A stretch of 36,838 nucleotides of DNA from NCBI GenBank assembly GCA_964533115.1, contig CAZHKJ010000001.1, positions 1 to 36,838 on the forward strand, written 5' to 3'. Both the position numbers and the translations under genes were made by a program. The DNA is from an uncultured Candidatus Peribacteria bacterium. GTDB taxonomy: Bacteria; Patescibacteriota; Gracilibacteria; UBA1369; 2-02-FULL-48-14. The notes under the pieces are model-generated. The model did not search any database. It was not told where the DNA came from and saw nothing but the letters and a program-made list of their open reading frames with translations. Position 1 is the first letter of the stretch. Each line of letters opens with the position of its first letter. Shown in pieces: positions 16,407-24,843 of the stretch.

Positions 16407-18184
16407 GACAATTCTCTCTTCTTATTATTGGAGTATTGGTGAGTGCGGGGCTTGGGCTGACGCTTGGAAAAATGAGCTATGCCGTGAGCTCTTCCGAAAC
16501 TTTAATTGACGCTATGTTTGAACAAGCGGATTTGGCTAAGAATAGCTCTAATGATTTAAATGAATTGAAAAATCTGGCTAAAGAAAAAACCGCCTTTCAA
16601 AATCTATATTTATTGATGTTCCAAAATGTTTCAGAAGGGGCATCGGATGCCGCTTTAGAAGAACTCATGACTCGTTTACAAAGTAAAAAACGCTCCGCTT
16701 ATTCAAAAAAAGAATTGGCGGAGATTGTTCTTAATGGAAGTCTGGTGCCCATTTTAGAACGCCACAATTTACTCGCCGAAGAAGCCAGTAATGGTGAAAA
16801 TCTCTTGAACGATGCTGAAGCTCAAGCTTTAGCCAATGCTGAATATGAAGATTTTATGGCTGCCAATCCAGGCATTGTTTCGGTAGAGGCTTTTATGGAT
16901 TGGTATTATGCCGAATATGTACAGCCCGATATTTTATCTTCTAGCGATGCCAATCCCATTCCCACCCAAGAAGAAATTTTAAGAGAATACAATGAGTTAC
17001 TTGAGCTTTATCAACGTGAATTGCAACTCCAAAGAGATTACCGCATTGCGGGTTACGAGGCTTTGGCCACGGAAATTTTTTACAATGGTGACTTGAGTGA
17101 TTCTGCTGGCATTGATCTTTTGTATGATTTGGATTTGAATCATATGCTTTTATTTGGCGAGCCGATTAATTACCCGGATCGCAGTGGTGAAAACGCTGTT
17201 GAGCTGAGTGCTGAAGAAATCCCTCTTGAATCCGTTGTCCTTTCCGAGGAAAGCATCAATCCTTACACTTGCTACGAGGATTCCATCCAAAGTGCTCTGG
17301 ATGCTTTTTATGCTCAAGACGAGCTTCCTAGCACAGCGCCTTCGTCTGAAGATTTTGTTGTTCAGTATCCTGCTTTTGAGGAGGAGGTGGAATCGGGGCC
17401 TCGCGCAGAAGTCGCTGAAGCCTTTAAAACTTTAGATGGATTTTTGACCCAAATTCAAGGCAGTACGGGAGATTGGTCCCGCTCGCTCCCTTGTTCAGAA
17501 GTATTCTGTGTGACGGTCGAATTCGTGGAGGAAAGTGAGGACCCGAGCCTAGCGTATGAAACAACAGACAATTGTATTGCTTGTCATATTGTCTATATCA
17601 ACAAACGCATGACAGAAACCTTAAGTTACAGCCTCGTTCCCGGAAAGGTTTCCATGAATGTTTTTGAAGATGCTACATGTAAAGACGCCGGCAAAATCGA
17701 TTTTGATCTCAATATTTTTACCGTTGCTATGCCTATCCAGCTCGATCCGGGCGATGATATTGACGAAGGTCCTGCTCAATCGATTGAAGATCTTAAAAAA
17801 ACTTTAGTGGCTATTGGAGCCATTTCATCTCCAGGCTCTTCACAATATGAAAAAAGTTTAGAAGATCTAGAATGTGAAAGCATCATCAATCTTCAAGATC
17901 TCTCCAATAGCTCCAGTACTTTGGATGCTGCTCTTCAAGCCTGCCGAGAGGCCAGTGAAAGAATTGAAACAAATACCCTTACCGCCATTGATGAATCCTT
18001 ATTTGAGGCCCAGCACTCCAATGTGACTACTTTATATGAGCAAGTCTCCGTAGAACTTTCTCAAATGCTTTTGATGTTTCGGAACATGCAAATGGGAATG
18101 AACGGTCAGGGTGGTTTTAAGGGCACTTATTCTATAGAAGGTGCCCCTATCCCCAGTTTAAGCTCTAAACAATATTGTCTATGA
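16403..18184 (+). CDS. Secreted protein of unknown family (tail gene C, about 593 aa)
   Basis: The preferred start is ATG 16403, in an ATGA overlap with gene B's stop at 16404-16406; the track uses TTG 16397. The signal-peptide-like N-terminus is MRQFSLLIIGVLVSAGLGLTLG. The N-terminal half is helical and acidic and the C-terminal half is Cys-rich. It has nine Cys and ends SSKQYCL. Confidence 0.8.
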   Translation: MRQFSLLIIGVLVSAGLGLTLGKMSYAVSSSETLIDAMFEQADLAKNSSNDLNELKNLAKEKTAFQNLYLLMFQNVSEGASDAALEELMTRLQSKKRSAYSKKELAEIVLNGSLVPILERHNLLAEEASNGENLLNDAEAQALANAEYEDFMAANPGIVSVEAFMDWYYAEYVQPDILSSSDANPIPTQEEILREYNELLELYQRELQLQRDYRIAGYEALATEIFYNGDLSDSAGIDLLYDLDLNHMLLFGEPINYPDRSGENAVELSAEEIPLESVVLSEESINPYTCYEDSIQSALDAFYAQDELPSTAPSSEDFVVQYPAFEEEVESGPRAEVAEAFKTLDGFLTQIQGSTGDWSRSLPCSEVFCVTVEFVEESEDPSLAYETTDNCIACHIVYINKRMTETLSYSLVPGKVSMNVFEDATCKDAGKIDFDLNIFTVAMPIQLDPGDDIDEGPAQSIEDLKKTLVAIGAISSPGSSQYEKSLEDLECESIINLQDLSNSSSTLDAALQACREASERIETNTLTAIDESLFEAQHSNVTTLYEQVSVELSQMLLMFRNMQMGMNGQGGFKGTYSIEGAPIPSLSSKQYCL

Positions 18185-19263
18185 AGAAGCTTTTGATCGT
18201 TGCTGCTTTCACTTTTTCAATAGGCTTTGGCATGCCTTTATTGCTAGCTCATGCGGAGGATGAAGCTTTGGTTGATGCCCAAACTTGCTTGGGAGGATAT
18301 TATTCATTTCTGGTGAATGTACGAACTGAGAATATGCGTGCCGAAACGGTAAAAGATTTTTTTAGCATGGGGTACTGTCAACTCAATGACATCATTCAAT
18401 TGGATGAAGAGTTGAACGTGCTTCGGGATCAATTCCGTTCGGCGGCCTCCAACTGTCAGGATACGAATGCCTATCAAGAAGATTATCGGCGTATTTTAAT
18501 GGAACAGTATTTTGTGCGTCATGTGCAAAACACCCGTTCGGATGTGATTAATGAAATAGATTCCGAACAGTTAGCGGATTTAACCGAAGAGAAAATGGCC
18601 CTTTTGTGGGAGGACATGCTAGAGAAATTTGTGAAAGAAGAGAACTATGTGACGGAAGAGCTGCTGGAAGATTATTTCGCTGTTTGGATGAGCAAATATG
18701 AAGACCGCTTGATTCAATACCGCCTCTGTGAAGAGGGGGCCTGGGCAGAACTTGAAAGCACTTGGCAGGATTTTATAGAGTCTACCCAAGAGTTGAGCGA
18801 GGTGGCAAAGGGTATAGATGACACCTTTAAAAATGCCGATAAAGACTCTTCTTTCAAAGAAATCTTTGTTCCTAATGTGACGGTGGATGCAGATAATGAG
18901 ATGACCAGCTTTGGCGGTGCGATTCAAAATGCATGGGAATACATGCAAAGTGAAAAAGAGAAACAAGAAAGCAAGGTCGAGGCTCCTTTGGATGTTTCTG
19001 GGCTAAGTGAGCTTGGCCTCGTGACCTATGAACAAGCACTTTTTAACCTAGGACAAGCTTCCAATGTTTATGCTATTGAACTAGCGGGGGCAGACCGTAT
19101 GGCACGCTACAAAGTCCTTTATGGGATGGGTGGCTCGCTTGCTTCAAGCAATATGCAAGGCACCCTTATGCAATTGAATTCTATTTTAACCGAAGTGAAT
19201 ACCAAAGACCTTCCCAACATCACTATGGGTGCCGCTACGATTTCAGATCGCCAGTGCCGATAG
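18181..19263 (+). CDS. Secreted helical protein of unknown family (tail gene D, about 360 aa)
   Basis: The preferred start is ATG 18181, in an ATGA overlap with gene C's stop at 18182-18184; the track uses TTG 18175. The signal peptide is MKKLLIVAAFTFSIGFGMPLLLAHA. It has five Cys and ends GAATISDRQCR. Confidence 0.8.
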   Translation: MKKLLIVAAFTFSIGFGMPLLLAHAEDEALVDAQTCLGGYYSFLVNVRTENMRAETVKDFFSMGYCQLNDIIQLDEELNVLRDQFRSAASNCQDTNAYQEDYRRILMEQYFVRHVQNTRSDVINEIDSEQLADLTEEKMALLWEDMLEKFVKEENYVTEELLEDYFAVWMSKYEDRLIQYRLCEEGAWAELESTWQDFIESTQELSEVAKGIDDTFKNADKDSSFKEIFVPNVTVDADNEMTSFGGAIQNAWEYMQSEKEKQESKVEAPLDVSGLSELGLVTYEQALFNLGQASNVYAIELAGADRMARYKVLYGMGGSLASSNMQGTLMQLNSILTEVNTKDLPNITMGAATISDRQCR

Positions 19264-19289
19264 CGTACTGAGTGAAGCAGTTATTCCTT

Positions 19290-19311
19290 GTTATATGAAA
19301 AAATTTGCGCC
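19290..19311. repeat. Left arm of an inverted repeat flanking a small gene
   Basis: GTTATATGAAAAAATTTGCGCC is the reverse complement of 19595-19618 except for a 2-nt difference in A-run length (6 A versus 8). Confidence 0.85.
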
Positions 19312-19586
19312 TACTTTTTATAGTTTTTAAGCCACCAATTTTTAAAAAATGGCACCGTTAATGTTGAAAGTAAAAATCCCAATGTTGGCACGATTGCATT
19401 GATAAATGGATTGCCTAAATTGGAAATGAAGAAAAATATGACGATTACAAAGTATGTAAGGACTAAAATGAGTAACTTCCTACTCCAACTTGTTTCCCAA
19501 GCTTTGTCAGCTTCAACACGTTGATTACGAGCATTGATTTTATCTATCTCTGATTTTAGTTCTTCAATTGAAGTCATATTTTTCAT
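19311..19586 (-). CDS. Small membrane protein with an N-terminal coiled coil and two TM helices
   Basis: The 91-aa ORF has a charged helix (SIEELKSEIDKINARNQRVEADKAWETSW) followed by two hydrophobic spans (LLILVLTYFVIVIFFFI and AIVPTLGFLLSTLTV). From memory it resembles a widespread uncharacterised small-membrane-protein family; this is unverified. Confidence 0.6.
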   Translation of the reverse strand: MKNMTSIEELKSEIDKINARNQRVEADKAWETSWSRKLLILVLTYFVIVIFFFISNLGNPFINAIVPTLGFLLSTLTVPFFKNWWLKNYKK

Positions 19587-19594
19587 TGATTATT

Positions 19595-19618
19595 GGCGCA
19601 AATTTTTTTTCATATAAC
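19595..19618. repeat. Right arm of an inverted repeat flanking a small gene
   Basis: GGCGCAAATTTTTTTTCATATAAC is the reverse complement of 19290-19311, apart from the 2-nt homopolymer indel. Confidence 0.85.
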
Positions 19619-19623
19619 TCTAC

Positions 19624-19797
19624 TTAACGAGAAAGCAAAGAGAAGAACGTGTATTTTTTCTTGAGTCCGGCGGGTTTTTTAGCTTTGACCTCTACTTCGA
19701 CGGATTCCCTGGCCATGTTCAGATCCACCATACAATAAGGACAGAGTTCTTTTTTGAGAGAGATGAGTTTACCGCAAGAGAAACAATTGAAGAGCAT
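19624..19797 (-). CDS. Small zinc-ribbon protein (57 aa), absent from the ORF track (shorter than any listed ORF)
   Basis: Hand translation gives MLFNCFSCGKLISLKKELCPYCMVDLNMARESVEVEVKAKKPAGLKKKYTFFSLLSR. It has a CxxC-x10-CxxC arrangement, its ATG is the first in the open frame, and it is 174 nt including the TAA stop. Confidence 0.4.
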   Translation of the reverse strand: MLFNCFSCGKLISLKKELCPYCMVDLNMARESVEVEVKAKKPAGLKKKYTFFSLLSR

Positions 19798-19826
19798 GGA
19801 AGGCGTGGAGGGGGATTAGGGCGATT

Positions 19827-19997
19827 TTATTGCGTTTGATTTTGGAGGAATTTCTCGAGATCTTCTTCACGGATTCGATAGACCCGACCAAACTTGATGC
19901 TTTGAAGCTTCTTTGCCTTAATAAATTTAAGGACCGTGAGGTGGTGAAGCTGAAGCACCTTTGCGACCTCTTCTGGAGTCATCAGTCGCGATACCAT
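19827..19997 (-). CDS. Excisionase/Xis-family (MerR-like HTH_17) DNA-binding protein (56 aa), absent from the ORF track
   Basis: Hand translation gives MVSRLMTPEEVAKVLQLHHLTVLKFIKAKKLQSIKFGRVYRIREEDLEKFLQNQTQ. This matches the pattern LTxEEVAxxLxVSxxTVxxxIxxGxLxAxKIGRxxRIxxxDLxxFL. An in-frame stop sits immediately upstream of the ATG. Confidence 0.7.
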   Translation of the reverse strand: MVSRLMTPEEVAKVLQLHHLTVLKFIKAKKLQSIKFGRVYRIREEDLEKFLQNQTQ

Positions 19998-20020
19998 TTA
20001 ATTTTGTTTAACTTGGCACT

Positions 20021-20170
20021 ACTTTATAATGCTTAGATTTACTTTGCAATATAATTACGAGCTTTTCTTAATTTTATAAAAATTAATATAGCTTTATTGT
20101 GTTTTATATTTTTTAATTACAGTTCATTATATTTTATTATACTTTACTATGCTTTATTATACTTTAAATA
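20021..20170. repeat. AT-rich degenerate 10-bp phased direct-repeat array (consensus about RCTTTAYTAT)
   Basis: Consecutive 10-mers read actttataat, gcttagattt, actttgcaat ... gctttattgt, gttttatatt ... attttattat, actttactat, gctttattat, actttaaata. The array lies directly upstream of the Xis-like gene, which starts at 19997 on the minus strand. Confidence 0.6.
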
Positions 20171-20259
20171 GCCTCTCTAGGCCCATTCCTTAAGAATCAA
20201 GCTTAAGGTGTTTCACCTTAAAAAACGGGCACAAAAAGCTCTCCCCTTAAGAGAAAGTG

Positions 20260-20275
20260 GCTCCTCGATAGGAGC
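20260..20275 (-). terminator. Possible weak intrinsic terminator after uvrA
   Basis: On the minus strand, GCTCCT-atcg-AGGAGC is followed by CACTTTCTCTT. It has a 6-bp stem and lies 3 nt after the uvrA stop. Confidence 0.3.
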
Positions 20276-20277
20276 AT

Positions 20278-23130
20278 TTATATCCCCATCTTTTTCAGCC
20301 ATTTCCCTGTGTAGGAAACGTCTGCTTTTTGAGTGAGCTCCTCTGGAGTTCCACAAGCCACTACGGTCCCTCCCCCGTTTCCTCCATCTGGACCCATGTC
20401 AATGAGGTGATCGGCACATTTGATCAGGTCAAGATTGTGTTCAATGACCACCACCGTGTTCCCTGCCTCAACGAGCTGTTGAAGTACCTCCACTAAGCGA
20501 CGTACATCGTCAAAATGAAGCCCTGTCGTGGGTTCATCCAAAATGTAGAGTGTTTTCCCGGTGGACCGTTTTGATAGCTCTGTAGCGAGCTTAATACGCT
20601 GCGCTTCTCCTCCCGAGAGAGTCGTTGCCGATTGCCCTAAGTGCACATAGCCCAATCCTACTTTAGAAAGAGTGACAAATTTGTTCTTAATGGCGGGGAT
20701 GGCATCAAAAAATTCAAGAGCCTCATCCAAAGTCATCTCTAAAACATCCGCTATTGTTTTCCCACGATAGGTCACCTCGAGAGCCTCTCGATTGTAACGC
20801 TTTCCTTTACAAGATTCACAAGGAACATAGACGTCGGGCAAGAAATGCATTTCAATTTTTTTGAGTCCGTCCCCTTCACAGGCTTCGCAACGCCCTCCTT
20901 TCACATTAAATGAAAATCGGCCTGCTTTATAACCACGAAGACGAGCTTCGGAGGTCTGAGCAAAAAGCTCCCGAACATCGGTAAAGACTCCTGTGTAAGT
21001 GGCTGGGTTCGAACGAGGTGTTCGACCAATAGGAGACTGGTCGATGTTGATGATTTTATCGAGATGCTCAATTCCACGAATTTCACGATGAGCTCCAGCC
21101 TGCGCTTTATTCCGATTGATGACTCCCGCTACTTTTTTAACTAAAATTTCGTTCACAAGAGTGGATTTACCTGAACCGGATACGCCCGTAACACAGGTCA
21201 GAGTGCCTAAGGGGAAGCGTACATCTACATCTTTTAAATTGTGTTCTGTTGCGCCTAAAACTTCCAGATATTTCCCATTCCCTTTGCGACGCTTTTTGGG
21301 CATGGGGATTTCTTTTTTTCCGCTCAAATATTGCCCCGTCACCGAGTTGGGGTTGTTCATGACTTCTTGGGGCGTACCTGCGGCGATCACTTGTCCTCCG
21401 TGCTTCCCTGCTCCAGGCCCAATATCCAAAAGATGATCGGCTGAAAGCATGGTGTCGATGTCATGTTCCACTACAATCACGGTATTTCCTAAATCTCTGA
21501 GCGTTATGAGGGTTTGAATCAGTTTTTCATTGTCGTTTTGATGGAGTCCAATGGAAGGTTCGTCCAAGACGTAGAGCACTCCCACGAGGTGTGATCCAAT
21601 TTGAGTGGCGAGACGAATACGTTGCGCCTCTCCTCCCGAAAGAGTGTTGGCTGCTCGGTCCAAAGTTAAATACGTCACTCCCACATGATGTAAAAAACTC
21701 AAGCGAGAGTTGATTTCTTTAATGATGGGGTCTGCAATCGTGCTTTGCATCGTACTCAACTTTAACTTTTGGAAAAACTCTTGTGCTTCTGCAATAGAAA
21801 GCGCGGTGATGTCCGCAATGGATTTACCTTGGATTTTGATGGATAAGATTTCGGGTTTGAGCCGTTTCCCGTCACATTTTGGACAAAGCAAAATCCTCAT
21901 GAATTGTTCAATTTTGTTCCGAATGTAATCGGAGTCTGTTTCTAAAAAGCGGCGTTCCAAGTTAGGGATCACTCCTTCAAATTTGGTTTGGAATTCTCCT
22001 TTTGAGAGCCCATCGCCTGAAGCCACTTTCACCTTGTAACGATCTTCCCCTGTTCCATACAAGACTAAATTCAGCTCTTTTTCGGTGAGTTTTTCAACGG
22101 GGACATCCAAAGAAAACCGGTATTTTTTTGAAACCTCTTCCAAAATATTCCCATACCACGTCATATGAGAGGAGGTTTGAGACCAAGGCAAAATAGCCCC
22201 TTCCGATAAACTGAGTGTGCGATTGGGAAGCACTAATTCCGGGTCAATTTCCAGTTTGGTGCCCAGTCCATGACACTCTTCACAAGCGCCATGCGGACTG
22301 TTAAAAGAAAAGTTGCGAGGTTCGATCTCGGTTAAACACACTTCAGGATGATCTTCACAAGAAAAATTTTCTGAGAATTTTTGTACTTCTCCCGTCTCAT
22401 TATCCAGGATCATCATCACTCCTTCTCCGTGTTTGAGAGTGATTTCAATGGAGTCCGCCATGCGTGTTCGCTCATTGTTTTCTGCCTCTAATTTCTTCAC
22501 CACTAAACGGTCCACCACGGCTTCAATATTATGGACCTTATTTTTATCCAGCTTTGGAAGCTCTGTTATTGGGTAGACCACCCCATCCACACGCACACGC
22601 ACAAAACCCTCTTTTTGTATCTTTTCTAAAATCGCTTCATGTTCTCCTTTTTTCCCATTCACGAGAGGCGCAAGTAAAATGATGCGTCTCCCCTCCTCCA
22701 TGGCCAAAATGTGATCCACAATCTGAGAAGGCGTTTGCCTTACGATGGGTTTATGACACTTAGGACAATGGGGGGTTCCCACTCGCGCAAAAAATAAACG
22801 AAGATGGTCGTAAATTTCCGTAACCGTGCCCACCGTGGAGCGAGGGTTACGAGGAGCGGTTTTTTGATCAATAGAAATCGCAGGAGAAAGTCCTTCTATG
22901 GACTCCACATCCGGCTTATCCATCACTCCCAAAAATTGTCGAGCATAAGTACTCAAAGATTCCACATAACGACGTTGCCCTTCCGCATAAATGGTATCGA
23001 AGGCTAGTGTTGATTTTCCCGAACCGGAAAGTCCCGTCACAACGGTCAATTTGTCGCGTGGAATTTCGACATCAATATTCTTTAAATTGTGCATTCGAGC
23101 TCCCTTCACAATGATTTTATCCGCGTGCAT
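20278..23130 (-). CDS. uvrA: Excinuclease ABC subunit A (UvrA)
   Basis: The 950-aa protein has two ABC ATPase modules ([28 protein letters not shown] and [15 protein letters not shown]), the LSGGEAQRI signature twice, and Cys4 zinc modules ([31 protein letters not shown]). Confidence 0.97.
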   Translation of the reverse strand: MHADKIIVKGARMHNLKNIDVEIPRDKLTVVTGLSGSGKSTLAFDTIYAEGQRRYVESLSTYARQFLGVMDKPDVESIEGLSPAISIDQKTAPRNPRSTVGTVTEIYDHLRLFFARVGTPHCPKCHKPIVRQTPSQIVDHILAMEEGRRIILLAPLVNGKKGEHEAILEKIQKEGFVRVRVDGVVYPITELPKLDKNKVHNIEAVVDRLVVKKLEAENNERTRMADSIEITLKHGEGVMMILDNETGEVQKFSENFSCEDHPEVCLTEIEPRNFSFNSPHGACEECHGLGTKLEIDPELVLPNRTLSLSEGAILPWSQTSSHMTWYGNILEEVSKKYRFSLDVPVEKLTEKELNLVLYGTGEDRYKVKVASGDGLSKGEFQTKFEGVIPNLERRFLETDSDYIRNKIEQFMRILLCPKCDGKRLKPEILSIKIQGKSIADITALSIAEAQEFFQKLKLSTMQSTIADPIIKEINSRLSFLHHVGVTYLTLDRAANTLSGGEAQRIRLATQIGSHLVGVLYVLDEPSIGLHQNDNEKLIQTLITLRDLGNTVIVVEHDIDTMLSADHLLDIGPGAGKHGGQVIAAGTPQEVMNNPNSVTGQYLSGKKEIPMPKKRRKGNGKYLEVLGATEHNLKDVDVRFPLGTLTCVTGVSGSGKSTLVNEILVKKVAGVINRNKAQAGAHREIRGIEHLDKIINIDQSPIGRTPRSNPATYTGVFTDVRELFAQTSEARLRGYKAGRFSFNVKGGRCEACEGDGLKKIEMHFLPDVYVPCESCKGKRYNREALEVTYRGKTIADVLEMTLDEALEFFDAIPAIKNKFVTLSKVGLGYVHLGQSATTLSGGEAQRIKLATELSKRSTGKTLYILDEPTTGLHFDDVRRLVEVLQQLVEAGNTVVVIEHNLDLIKCADHLIDMGPDGGNGGGTVVACGTPEELTQKADVSYTGKWLKKMGI

Positions 23131-23139
23131 TCAAAACAG

Positions 23140-23167
23140 GTTAAATTTAAAATTCCAGTGCCTGGAA
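23140..23167 (-). terminator. Possible intrinsic terminator or attenuator after efp
   Basis: On the minus strand, TTCCAG-gca-CTGGAA is followed by TTTTAAATTT. It lies only about 22 nt upstream of the uvrA ATG, so it may be leaky. Confidence 0.35.
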
Positions 23168-23213
23168 GTTTAACAGCTCAAATGGATTTGAGCAAGGGAC
23201 TAAATCCTAAATA

Positions 23214-23783
23214 CTACTGCTCATTCGCGCGTTCAACGTATTCGCCCGTTTCTGTGTTGATACGAATCAGGTCGCCTTCTTCAATGAACAAAGGGACGTT
23301 CACCATAGCTCCTGTTTCCACTTTTGCAGGTTTACTGCCCGCTTGAGCGCGATCCCCACGAACACCGGGATTGGTTTCTACCACCTTCAAAACGACTTTA
23401 GGAGGTAGTTGAATAGATATGGGCTTTTCATTGTAAAGTAAAGCGGTCATTTCTTTTCCGTCTTGTAAGAAACCCACCATGTCCCCCAGCTCTTCCAGTT
23501 TGAAACTGAATTGTTCATAAGAATCCATGTCCATGAAATAGGCCTCTCCCGCATCCTTATAGAGATATTGAACATTTTTACGAGCTACATCCGCCAAATC
23601 AAAACTTTCTCCTGCAATGAAAGTCTTTTCCATGACGTTTCCATTGATGAGATTTCTCATTTTGGTGCGCATCACCGGTTTACGCTGAGCCGTACGCATA
23701 AAAGAGTTATTGATGATTTGATAAGGAGCATTATCGATATTGATAACGACGCCTACTTTGAGATCTGTGATGGATTGAGCCAT
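23214..23783 (-). CDS. efp: Translation elongation factor P
   Basis: The 189-aa protein has the EF-P layout: DLKVGVVINIDNAPYQII, RTKMRNLINGNVMEKTF, and the C-terminal VETGAMVNVPLFIEEGDLIRINTETGEYVERA. Confidence 0.93.
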   Translation of the reverse strand: MAQSITDLKVGVVINIDNAPYQIINNSFMRTAQRKPVMRTKMRNLINGNVMEKTFIAGESFDLADVARKNVQYLYKDAGEAYFMDMDSYEQFSFKLEELGDMVGFLQDGKEMTALLYNEKPISIQLPPKVVLKVVETNPGVRGDRAQAGSKPAKVETGAMVNVPLFIEEGDLIRINTETGEYVERANEQ

Positions 23784-23830
23784 AAAAAGGGTTACGTTGC
23801 CCGTCTATTCTAAGGGTTTTCTGATTTTTC

Positions 23831-24745
23831 TCAATAGTTTTGCTTCTCTGCGAATTTCTTGCCAAACAATTTCAACAAACTGAATCGATTCCAAATCGCA
23901 TGATGCCAGTGCTCCTTAGAATAATCCCCGGCCAGCTTCCCATAAATTTTGAGATTTTCTTTTTTGCCGAAGAGATAGTCGAGGAAGCCATAACCAATCA
24001 CCAGGAATGGAACCATGAAGAAAGTCAGACTCATTTCAAGGAGGATGTTGAAGAGTCCATGAAGAAAGACGGCCAAAAACAGCCCTTCCGTAATCTTTTC
24101 GGTGGCAAAAATACGGTTTTTCTTGAGATGAAAAATCTTATGCAGAGCCTCTATAATCGGGTGCCTCTTTTTTCGTAGTTCCTCAGACCACACCGGATCC
24201 GCGAAATAAGCGATGCCATAATAGTAACCGTAAACCCCCGAGAAAAGCACGTGAGCAAAAGTAGAAAAGATGGCTCTGAACACAAAGGAGATCATGAGGA
24301 TATCTGTCCCCTGATATTCCCAGATGTAATAAAAGTACAAAATATTCTCAATGAAGGCGAAGCCCAAGGCTGACATGATTGAAAATTCAATGGCATCGTC
24401 AATGTTGCGGAAAAATCCTTTGTCCACTTTGCGCACGACTAGATTTTTCATATATTCCTCAATCACTCCAACAAACATGAAGGCAAGAATCACTCCCAGT
24501 GGCAGATAAAGATGAGGAGTGAAGGCAAAAACGTCCGTTTGGAGCTGATCGGTATAGCTGAATATATTGATATTTGGAAAATGATTCCAACTCCATTTGT
24601 ACAAGAGGATAGGAACGACTGACGCTATTCCCAAAAGAAAGGTTTCTAAGGCTTTAGGCCGATAAACAGGATTTTTTTGATAGAATATATGCCCCCAAAC
24701 CAGGGCGGGCACAGAAGCGAGTAGTATTGAAATGAGGATCTGCAT
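23831..24745 (-). CDS. PrsW-family intramembrane metalloprotease
   Basis: It is a polytopic membrane protein with the motifs GVIEEYMKNLV, ALGFAFIENILYF, FSTFAHVLFSGVYGYYYG and LHGLFN. I prefer the internal ATG at 24745 (MQILISILLASVPAL) over the track's 24820, because a near-consensus promoter lies between the two. Confidence 0.75.
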   Translation of the reverse strand: MQILISILLASVPALVWGHIFYQKNPVYRPKALETFLLGIASVVPILLYKWSWNHFPNINIFSYTDQLQTDVFAFTPHLYLPLGVILAFMFVGVIEEYMKNLVVRKVDKGFFRNIDDAIEFSIMSALGFAFIENILYFYYIWEYQGTDILMISFVFRAIFSTFAHVLFSGVYGYYYGIAYFADPVWSEELRKKRHPIIEALHKIFHLKKNRIFATEKITEGLFLAVFLHGLFNILLEMSLTFFMVPFLVIGYGFLDYLFGKKENLKIYGKLAGDYSKEHWHHAIWNRFSLLKLFGKKFAEKQNY

Positions 24746-24770
24746 GAAGGGCTTTAGATGCAATTTTGTA

Positions 24771-24799
24771 ATTGTAACATAAAAATTACATTTTAACAA
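24771..24799 (-). promoter_or_regulatory. Sigma70-like promoter for the PrsW-like gene
   Basis: On the minus strand, TTGTTA is followed by a 17-nt spacer and TACAAT. The -10 box ends about 25 nt upstream of ATG 24745. Confidence 0.45.
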
Positions 24800-24843
24800 G
24801 CATGGCATGGCTGAGTTCAAGAAACTAGCGCGACGCCCTCCAT

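Noticed and set aside
17573-17587. CIACH in tail gene C matches the CXXCH c-type heme-attachment motif.
   Set aside because: It occurs once, in a Cys-rich region, and no cytochrome c maturation genes or other redox genes are in view. This is easily a chance match.
19830-20036. Plus-strand 68-aa ORF listed in the track.
   Set aside because: The opposite strand encodes a clean Xis/HTH_17-type peptide (19827-19997). The plus-strand product has no recognisable features and runs into the AT-rich repeat array, so I treat it as a shadow ORF.
20203-20221. An 8-bp hairpin, TTAAGGTG-ttt-CACCTTAA, considered as a terminator.
   Set aside because: The T-run lies on the wrong side for the minus-strand uvrA transcript, and an A-run rather than a U-run follows it on the plus strand. 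It is therefore not a canonical intrinsic terminator in either direction.
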